Assembly: GCA_963739625.1 (NCBI GenBank)
Contig: CAVUAU010000007.1
Span: 66,581 to 130,580, forward strand
DNA: 64,000 bases
Source of the DNA: an uncultured Flavobacteriaceae bacterium
GTDB taxonomy: Bacteria > Bacteroidota > Bacteroidia > Flavobacteriales > Flavobacteriaceae
Reading direction: 5' to 3'
The notes beneath the pieces were generated by a model. The model did not search any database. It saw only the letters and a program-made list of their open reading frames with translations, and was not told where the DNA came from. Made by a program: the position numbers and the translations under genes. Positions 1 through 8,004 of the stretch are shown in pieces (position 1 is the first letter of the stretch; each line of letters opens with the position of its first letter).

Positions 1-58
1 AAGAAACAATGACGTTGGCGGCAATGATTGCAAGAGTTACAAGGCTGAAATCTCCCAT
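1..58 (-). CDS. 5' end of probable rhomboid-family intramembrane protease (runs off window)
   Basis: Reverse strand from ATG at 58 reads MGDFSLVTLAIIAANVIVS, resembling flavobacterial rhomboid N-termini; only 19 codons visible. Confidence 0.5.
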   Translation of the reverse strand, partial: MGDFSLVTLAIIAANVIVS

Positions 59-88
59 GTACGGTTCTGTTTAATGCCAAATATAGCA

Positions 89-96
89 TATATTTG
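89..96 (+). promoter_or_regulatory. Bacteroidota sigma-70 -7 element
   Basis: TATATTTG (TAnnTTTG) 16 nt upstream of ATG 113. Confidence 0.55.
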
Positions 97-112
97 CGCA
101 AATTTCTTTTGC

Positions 113-1022
113 ATGCAGCGTTTAGTTTTTTGGCTGGTCTACCCTTTTCTTTGGTTTCTTTCTATCCTGCCTTTCAAACTTTTCTATCTTTTCTCAGACC
201 TCGTGTTTTTTGTGGTCTACTATCTCGTTGGCTACAGGCGCAAAACAGTAACAGAAAACCTGCAGCTGGTTTTTCCCGAAAAATCTTCCGCCGAAATTAA
301 AAAAATAAGAAAGAAATTTTACCGGCACATGGTGGATATGTTCCTGGAGATGATAAAGAGTATTTCTATCCCCAATGAGGAGCTAAAAAAGCGTTTTGCT
401 TTCACAAATCTGGAAGAGATTCAAAAGTTACGGGAAATGAACAAGAGCGTTATCCTGGCTTGCGGACATTATGCGAGTTATGAATGGATGAACGCGCTAC
501 AGCTCTACGGCCTCGACTACAAAGGTTTTGGTATTTATAAAAAGATCAAGAATAAACATTTTGACAAACTGGTCAAAGATATTCGTGGAAGGTATGACGG
601 AACTTTAATCTCCACTACTCACGCCACAAAAACCATAACCGACAACCAGCAAAAAGGTATTCTTGGAGTTTATGCCATGATTGCCGATCAATCCCCAAAA
701 ATGAGTCGTTCAAAGGTGTGGACAGATTTTATGGGAATACAGGTGCCCGTCTTTACCGGTACAGAAAAACTCGCAAAACATCTTGGACATGGCTGTGGTT
801 TACCTGCATGTGGAAAAAGTAAAGAGGGGCTACTACATTGCCACCTTTAAACAACTTTCATACGAGGCGGCCAAAGAACGGCCTTACGCGATCACCCGCA
901 AGTATTTTGATGACCTGGAAGCCCAGATCAAAAAGGCGCCGGAATATTATCTTTGGACTCACAAGCGGTGGAAGCATCGCAATGCGACTCTTCCCAAGGA
1001 TGCAATAATTATTAGATCTTAG
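113..1022 (+). CDS. Lipid A biosynthesis acyltransferase (LpxL/HtrB family), frameshifted near 785
   Basis: N-terminal TM, GHYASYE (HX4E), IADQ motif, C-terminal PEYYLWTHKRWK in second frame (783-1022). Confidence 0.85.
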
Positions 1023-2400
1023 CGATCTTCTTAATTTCTGAGATCATCTTTTCTGCAACCTCGTCTGCCCTATCCTGGGTTTTAGCTTCAGTATAAATCC
1101 TAATGATAGGCTCGGTATTAGATTTCCTTAGGTGCACCCAATATTCCGGAAAATCGATCTTTACTCCATCAACGGTCGAAATTTCTTCTTCGGAATATTT
1201 CTGCTCTACCTGCTCCAGAATTTTATCAACATCCAGATCTGGAGTCAGTTCAATTTTGTTCTTGCTCATGTAATAAGAAGGATAGGACTTCCGCAGCTCA
1301 GAAACCTTCATCTTTTTTTCAGCTAAATACGTCAGAAACAATGCAACTCCCACTAAACTGTCACGCCCGTAGTGAAGTTCGGGATAGATGATCCCCCCAT
1401 TTCCCTCACCGCCAATAACAGCATTGGTCTTCTTCATCAATTCCACCACGTTCACTTCACCCACCGCGCTGGCATTGTACTTCCCGCCATGTTTGACAGT
1501 AATATCTTTTAAGGCACGGGAAGAAGAAAGGTTACTCACGGTATTACCGGGAGTCTTACCCAACACATAATCTGCACAGGCGACCAATGTATACTCTTCA
1601 CCAAACATTTCTCCATCTTCACTTATAAAGGCGAGCCTGTCAACATCTGGATCGACTACTACTCCCAAATCGGCTTTTTCACGGGTAACCACCTCACAAA
1701 TATCTTGAAGATGTTCCTTGAGTGGTTCCGGGTTATGAGGAAAGTGCCCTGTAGGCTCGCAATACAATTCAACCACCTCAACTCCCAATCGCTTTAAAAG
1801 TCGTGGGATAGCTATTCCTCCTGTGGAGTTCACCGCGTCAACGGCAACCTTGAAATTAGCTTCTGCAATCTTTTTCGCATCAACTAAAGGCAACATCACT
1901 ACCTCTTCTATATGAGTATCTATATAATGAGTAGCAGGTTTAATTTTTCCCAACTCATCAACTTCAGCAAAAGAAAAATCGGCTTTTTCGGCCATCTCAA
2001 GAATCTCTGCACCATCGGCGCCGCTCAAAAATTCTCCCTTTTCATTAAGGAGTTTAAGGGCGTTCCACTGCTTCGGGTTATGACTTGCCGTCAAGATAAT
2101 TCCTCCCTGCGCCTTTTCCATGGGTACGGCAACTTCAACAGTGGGCGTGGTGGAAAGATCAAGATCAATAACCTCAATGCCGAGACCTACAAGTGTATTC
2201 ATCACGAGTTGCTGGATCATTTCTCCTGAAAGTCGCGCATCTCTTCCCACTACCACTGTAACCGGACCTCCGGAATTTTTATTCTTTAGCCAGCTCCCGT
2301 AAGAAGCGGCAAATTTAACAGCATCAATGGGTGTAAGATTTTCTGAAGGTTTTCCTCCTATGGTTCCACGTATTCCGGAAATAGATTTTATTAAGGTCAT
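1012..2400 (-). CDS. glmM: Phosphoglucosamine mutase / phosphohexomutase
   Basis: SISGIRG, TASHNP, DPDVDR, GEGNG, RKSNTEP motifs. Confidence 0.9.
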   Translation of the reverse strand: MTLIKSISGIRGTIGGKPSENLTPIDAVKFAASYGSWLKNKNSGGPVTVVVGRDARLSGEMIQQLVMNTLVGLGIEVIDLDLSTTPTVEVAVPMEKAQGGIILTASHNPKQWNALKLLNEKGEFLSGADGAEILEMAEKADFSFAEVDELGKIKPATHYIDTHIEEVVMLPLVDAKKIAEANFKVAVDAVNSTGGIAIPRLLKRLGVEVVELYCEPTGHFPHNPEPLKEHLQDICEVVTREKADLGVVVDPDVDRLAFISEDGEMFGEEYTLVACADYVLGKTPGNTVSNLSSSRALKDITVKHGGKYNASAVGEVNVVELMKKTNAVIGGEGNGGIIYPELHYGRDSLVGVALFLTYLAEKKMKVSELRKSYPSYYMSKNKIELTPDLDVDKILEQVEQKYSEEEISTVDGVKIDFPEYWVHLRKSNTEPIIRIYTEAKTQDRADEVAEKMISEIKKIAKI

Positions 2401-2560
2401 GATCTAAAAATGTGATTTTTGAAAGGCTTTCAAAAAACCTCTTCCGAAGCGTATATGAGCTTCCGGAAATGATTTTGAGTGCCCACAAATATACAAGGCT
2501 TCTCAAGCCAGTCCAAGAGTTAACAAAAATTAAACACTTCTAATTAGTATCTTAGGCTGC

Positions 2561-3151
2561 ATGAATTTTCTTGCCCACATATATCTCTCTGGCGACGACG
2601 AAGCAATTACCGTTGGAAACTTCATGGCAGATTCCATAAAAGGCAAAAAGTATCTCAATTATCCTAAAGGTATTCAAAAGGGGATTTTACTACACCGATC
2701 AATAGACTACTTCACAGATACTCATCCCGTTGTGAGAAAAAGTTCCGCAAGGCTATTTGATAAGTACAGTCACTACAACGGGGTGATCGTAGATATTTTT
2801 TACGATCATTTTCTTGCCGCCAACTGGAGTAGGTACTCAAGGATCCCTTTGGAAATGTTTGTTGTGGATTTTTACAAGCTGCTCGAAAAAAATGCTGAAT
2901 ACCTCCCCGAACCGGTAAAAAACTTTTTCCCTTACATGGTTAAGGATAACTGGCTGCTTAGTTACGCCAATCTCGATGGGATAGCGAGGATTCTTCACCA
3001 AATGAACATACGCACTAAAAAAAGGGTGAATATGGATCGCGCTGTCGAAGATCTAAGAAGGAACTATGATCAATTTGAAGAAGAGTTCGAACTTTTCTTT
3101 CCCGATGTACAGAAATTTGCACAGGAAAAGATCTTATCTCTTAACAAGTAA
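2561..3151 (+). CDS. acpH: ACP phosphodiesterase (AcpH/DUF479)
   Basis: MNFLAHIYLS, LHRSIDYFTDTHP, DIFYDHFLA. Confidence 0.85.
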   Translation: MNFLAHIYLSGDDEAITVGNFMADSIKGKKYLNYPKGIQKGILLHRSIDYFTDTHPVVRKSSARLFDKYSHYNGVIVDIFYDHFLAANWSRYSRIPLEMFVVDFYKLLEKNAEYLPEPVKNFFPYMVKDNWLLSYANLDGIARILHQMNIRTKKRVNMDRAVEDLRRNYDQFEEEFELFFPDVQKFAQEKILSLNK

Positions 3152-3287
3152 GTAGTGTGTTAAAGTTTAAGCTTTTTTAAGCCGGTTTAAAAAATGCATT
3201 TTTGGGAAGAAAAAATTGTGGAATCTCCACACTTGCAGCAACAACAGCTGTGTAATATTTCCACACCCTTTTTTAAAATAAAGACAT

Positions 3288-3319
3288 AAAAAAACCCCGG
3301 CGGTGAGCCAGGGTTTTTT
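3288..3319. terminator. Bidirectional intrinsic terminator
   Basis: A-tract CCCCGGC-GGTGA-GCCAGGG T-tract between convergent genes. Confidence 0.75.
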
Positions 3320-3334
3320 GTACTTTTTAACGAT

Positions 3335-4390
3335 CTACACGTACCACCAGTGGCCGTCGCGATATTCCACCAATTTCCATCCGTATTTTGTAGAATAGAA
3401 CCATCTATCGGTATATCTATAGACTCTTAAGCTATTAACAGTGTAGTACTGACCATTCACATATACCGGTTCAGTAACAGTAGAACCACCTCCGCTATAA
3501 GGATACATGTTGTTAATACCCACTTTGTCGCCTGAAGACAATCCGTTTCTCTGGATGTTGAAAGTACTTCCGTCCTTCTTAACAATGGTTGGCTGTCCGT
3601 TGCTTGAGAAAGAGTACGATCCATACATCATGATAGAACCAAAGTCAAGCGCGCTGGTGAATTCATCTCCGTCAAAACCTTGCTCTTCATAAGTTCTAAA
3701 GTTGTGTTCTCTACCACTCTGGATGTTGTTGTAGTTAATGGTGATATAAGAATCACGGTCAACCCTGCTTTGCTCGTGCCACAGGCCTACAGCGTGACCA
3801 ATTTCGTGGATAGCATTTCCTGTAGAACAGCTGCTGGCAAGGGTAAGATCCTGTCTTCCTCCAGTCATCCCTATATAAGAGGAGCAACCTGAACCTGAAG
3901 TAAAATAAACATAATTAGACTGGCTTGTTCTTTCTACAAAGCTCACATTAGTGTTTGCTTCCCAGTGTGCAATCGCGTCATATACTCTGGTTTTGTTGTC
4001 AAGGTTTGAGTCGATGGCGTAGTATACTGTGTTGTTCGGCCACCTTCCGGAAGTTCTACCAGTACTTTTATTAGCGGGAGGAGTTTCTCCCTTTTCATAA
4101 ACCAGTTTTACTTCTTGACTTGATGTCATACTTTTGGGCAGCATGATATCTCCCTGGTAGACATATTCACCGTTGAAGTTTTCTACAGGAATACGTTGTC
4201 CTGCAAAAAACACATCCTGCACTCCCTGTGGAGTATTAGGATTAGCTGTTTCAACCATTGCACCCTGGGCGGTCACTTCAGTGCCCGGCTCTACAAGGTT
4301 TTGATCTACTACCTCTTCAACAGGATCCTGACTACAGGAGGCCAATACCGCAAGGGCCGGTAAAACAAGTGTTAATTTCAAATTTTTCAT
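3335..4390 (-). CDS. Astacin-family (M12A, flavastacin-like) zinc metalloprotease lipoprotein
   Basis: Lipobox LASC; pro-region YQGDI; HEIGHAVGLWHEQSRVDRD; Met-turn SIMMY; start at 4390 (MKNLKL) preferred over 4471. Confidence 0.9.
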   Translation of the reverse strand: MKNLKLTLVLPALAVLASCSQDPVEEVVDQNLVEPGTEVTAQGAMVETANPNTPQGVQDVFFAGQRIPVENFNGEYVYQGDIMLPKSMTSSQEVKLVYEKGETPPANKSTGRTSGRWPNNTVYYAIDSNLDNKTRVYDAIAHWEANTNVSFVERTSQSNYVYFTSGSGCSSYIGMTGGRQDLTLASSCSTGNAIHEIGHAVGLWHEQSRVDRDSYITINYNNIQSGREHNFRTYEEQGFDGDEFTSALDFGSIMMYGSYSFSSNGQPTIVKKDGSTFNIQRNGLSSGDKVGINNMYPYSGGGSTVTEPVYVNGQYYTVNSLRVYRYTDRWFYSTKYGWKLVEYRDGHWWYV

Positions 4391-4794
4391 AAGTAGGTTT
4401 TTGGGGGTTTTGGATTGTACATTCTTGGGATCTGTACTATGATTACTAAATGTTGATTTGAATTTGTTCATTTTTTCTTCAGTTAAAAGGCTCTCAATTA
4501 ATTCTAAAAGAAATCCTAATTTTTACTCTTTTGACTTACTCTTGGAAGAACTGTGCCAAAATTTTTCTTTGAGTTTTTTTTAACCGCGTAAAACAGCCTT
4601 AATTAAATCTTCTTCAATTTTAGGTCAAAGAAGAAGTAAAAACTGAGAATTCATAAACAATTTTTCAGGAGGTAAAAATAGAAATTAATATTTCTTTAAC
4701 ACAACAAATTCATATTTTAACATTCTGATAGTTAAGGAGTTTGTTAAGAAAAAGGGATTTGTAGGAAATCGAACTACATTAATAAATTAGACAT

Positions 4795-4827
4795 AAAAAA
4801 AAGGCTGTCTCCAGGAGACAGCCTTTT
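4795..4827 (-). terminator. Intrinsic terminator of lipoprotein cluster
   Basis: AAGGCTGTCTCC-A-GGAGACAGCCTT with long A-tract (U-tract on minus strand). Confidence 0.8.
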
Positions 4828-4848
4828 CAAAATTATACAGTTTAACTT

Positions 4849-6396
4849 CTATTGGGTAGAGCAAACATTATGTTTTCAACCTCACATAGTAAGGATAGCT
4901 TGCGTCAATATCACCTAAGTCTATAGTAATTGCGTCTGTGATTGTATTATCATCAATTACAGAACAAGCTGAGGATACTACTGTTCCTCCGTCACTTGAA
5001 GCTACTCGTAGCTCATAAGCGGAAAATTCCAAATTAGAAGAAGCATAGAGATTAGCTCCCACAACCAGCTGAACCATCGGTATCTATAGTAACTTTAGCC
5101 GTACCTATTTCAGTACCACCTTCATACATAAAAAGGATATCATCCAGTGGAATTCACCTGAACATATGCATCAGATCCTCCCATCCATGCTACTGAACAA
5201 CCGGCATCCAATGGTCATTGGCTTCAGCAATGGCACAAACATTCTCCAGCATCTTCACAAGCTCCATCTGTTGTTGGTCATCCATGACTTGCAGATCAAT
5301 TACGACATCGCAGTTATCAATATAATCTGGCACACCATCCCCATCAGAATCTATAGGACAACCAGCGTTTTCACCAGTAGGTATAAACATCAACTCCTGC
5401 TGGAGTATCTGGACAATTGTCATTATCGTCGATCACACCGTCATTATCGGCATCACTTGGTTGTTCTCCATTATCATCACATCCAAATCTTAGGTGATTG
5501 TAATCAACAACATCAGTTCCATCAAAGTTGGCGATAATATCTGCCGCGCTAAGATCTCCTTCAATAGGTGCCATTGCAGCAGCATCATAAACTCCATCCC
5601 AATCAAGAAGGGTCACTGTGTAGTGAATATATGCTTCATCGCCATATTCAGCCAGGATTGGAAGGTCAAAACAAAGTGGATCTGCATATGGATCACCATC
5701 GTCATTGATATCTACATTATTGATAACTCCGGTATAAACAGGTTCTCCATCTATAGTAATATCTACAGAATATCTGGCAGGATAGTGTCTTCCTGAAGGA
5801 TCACAATAGTTTGCAAAGAAACAATATTCGTACACCTGGGTAGCATCAAGCTCAAAGAAGGTGTAACCATATTCATTTACATCACGGTTGTCAAAACATA
5901 GTACAGGTACATCAACATATTTTTTAACGCCTGCACCAAGGCTAATATCCATTGGTAAAGGATTCTCAACCCAATCGGCCAGAGCACCTCCGGTTCTTGG
6001 AGCAATCCAAATTAGACCTCCATCTGCATTATAAACAGCAAAGTGGTCTAAAACGTAATTTCCTGGTGTCAATTCAAGAGCCGCATCTTCTTCTGTAAAG
6101 AGTTCACCGGCCACAAGGTCAACACGATAAGGATCTTCTGTGGAACCAACAACATCGTTACCGCCTTGCATCAAGACGATCTCAACATAAGCAGGAGCAT
6201 CATTTGAACAGTCTGGAAGATCGTCTAGGGTTGATTGTTTAGTACTTGCTTTTGCAGCAAGATCCTGAACCATTGCACCGAATGACAATGTAGCTTTGTC
6301 TGAGGAGCTTTCTCCTGTTGCTTCATCTTTACTACATGAGGTGAAAAGCAGTGCAAAAACTGCTATGAAACCCAGGTAAATTCTGAAATTTTTCAT
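4849..6396 (-). CDS. Modular surface lipoprotein, paralog A: shared N-terminal region + thrombospondin type-3-like repeats + uncharacterised C-terminal domain; several indels in 4860-5390
   Basis: Lipobox FTSC-SKDE; DADNDGVIDDNDNCPDTP and DSDGDGVPDYIDNC repeats; fragments 5190-5423 and 4868-5077 join by frame changes to end ...YPYYVRLKT(N)VCSTQ*. Confidence 0.7.
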
Positions 6397-6430
6397 AATA
6401 ATTTGATTTAATAATTTAGAATGGTTAATT

Positions 6431-6460
6431 GAAAGGCGGTGAAACAAATTCACCGCCTTC
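6431..6460 (-). other. Intergenic stem-loop between paralogs B and A
   Basis: GAAAGGCGGTGAA-ACAAA-TTCACCGCCTTC; weak U-tract, so mRNA stabiliser or leaky terminator. Confidence 0.6.
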
Positions 6461-6469
6461 TTTATTTTA

Positions 6470-7900
6470 CTATAATTGTTTTACAGTTCCACAAGCAACT
6501 GGAAGTGTAGGAACGTAGTCACCGTCTACTGTCATACCGTGAAGCACAACTGCACGTTTATCAAGTGGTCCAAGATCAGAAGCGCTTGGATTTCCATTTG
6601 AACCAAGAGTAAAGGTACGCTCATACATCACCCACCCGTTGGCACCGGCTGTAGGCATATTACCGTTTTCATCGGTTAGTGGAAGAATAACAGGACCGTA
6701 ATAAGGCGCTCCTTCTTCAAGACTAATGAGTCCATCTTCCCCGGCTGCATCTGCAGGTGGGCAGGTAGATTCACTATCATCTGCGAAACCGTGAACGTGT
6801 TGAGGATGTACTTGACCTGGCTCTAAACCAACTGCCATTACAGCTGCTGTTAATTCAGTTCCGTCAAGACGGAAGTAGGCAAAACCTGCTGCACCAGAAT
6901 CATTTGTTTGGTAAAGACAGCTTTTGTAGAACAAAGCGTCATCATCTGGATCCTGGAAAATAGGATCGCTATCTGTGGAACAACCTACTCTAAAGTGAGC
7001 ATAATCAAGATTATCTTCACCATCAAATAGTGCTTTAACCTCATCATCGGTCACAACTGCAGTTTTAACTACTTCTTCAGTCACGTTTCCGTAGGCATCA
7101 GAACTTAAAAGAGTCACTTCTATGTAGTATTCATCCTGTCCTTCTCTGTCAGGTAATGGGAAACATACAGTAGATCCTGCATAGTCTCCAAATTCATTCA
7201 TCTCAACTGTATTGGTAAGATCATCATGAATTTGTTCTCCCTGCTGTCCATCAGCATAGTTCCATACATCTACACTAAAATGAGCAGGATAGTGTCTACC
7301 GGTGTCATCACAATAGTTACCGAAAATACACATCTCAATAGCTTCACTGGTGTCAATATCGAAGAACATGTAGCCATACTCTCTTACATCTCTGTTGTCG
7401 TAGCATAGTACTGAAACATCAATGTATTTTTTGACTCCCGCCCCAAGATTAATGGTAAGTGGTAGTGGATTGTCTACCCAGTCTGCGAGCACACCTCCTT
7501 TTGGTGCCACCCAAATTAGGTCACCTGCCTCATCATACACCATAAACTGGTCTAGTGAATAAGTTCCTGGTGTAAGTTCGAGTTCAGGAACTTCTTCTGT
7601 GAACACCTGTCCATCAACAAGGTTTACTCTAAATGGATCTTCTGGAGAACCTACGACGTCTGCGCCGTTCTGTGATAAAACAATCTCTACATAGGCAGGC
7701 ACATCACTGGAACATTGCGGTAAATCGCTCGCTGTTGACTGCTTGGTAGCAGCCTTGGCGGCTAAATCCTGGACAATTGCTCCAAATGAAAGGCTTGCTT
7801 TTTCTGATTGGTCGGTTAAGTTTTCTTCCTCTTTGCTACAGGAGGCGAAAAACATTGCAAAAATTGCAACAAAACATAAATAGCTAGAAATTTTTTTCAT
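6470..7900 (-). CDS. Modular surface lipoprotein, paralog B: shared N-terminal region + Cu/Zn-SOD-like (or CHRD-like) C-terminal domain
   Basis: Lipobox FASC-SKEEE; C-terminal HPQHVHG...TCPP...VVLHG...PVACG. Confidence 0.75.
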   Translation of the reverse strand: MKKISSYLCFVAIFAMFFASCSKEEENLTDQSEKASLSFGAIVQDLAAKAATKQSTASDLPQCSSDVPAYVEIVLSQNGADVVGSPEDPFRVNLVDGQVFTEEVPELELTPGTYSLDQFMVYDEAGDLIWVAPKGGVLADWVDNPLPLTINLGAGVKKYIDVSVLCYDNRDVREYGYMFFDIDTSEAIEMCIFGNYCDDTGRHYPAHFSVDVWNYADGQQGEQIHDDLTNTVEMNEFGDYAGSTVCFPLPDREGQDEYYIEVTLLSSDAYGNVTEEVVKTAVVTDDEVKALFDGEDNLDYAHFRVGCSTDSDPIFQDPDDDALFYKSCLYQTNDSGAAGFAYFRLDGTELTAAVMAVGLEPGQVHPQHVHGFADDSESTCPPADAAGEDGLISLEEGAPYYGPVILPLTDENGNMPTAGANGWVMYERTFTLGSNGNPSASDLGPLDKRAVVLHGMTVDGDYVPTLPVACGTVKQL

Positions 7901-7965
7901 GACATGTTTGGTTTAATTAATATTTATAATAGAATGGTTAATTTTTATAAGCAGTTAGATGATTT

Positions 7966-7997
7966 AAAAAACCACCCCGAAAATATTCGGGGTGGTT
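7966..7997 (-). terminator. Intrinsic terminator/stem-loop between paralogs C and B
   Basis: AACCACCCCGAA-AATA-TTCGGGGTGGTT with A-tract (U-tract on minus strand). Confidence 0.7.
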
Positions 7998-8004
7998 GTA
8001 AACC

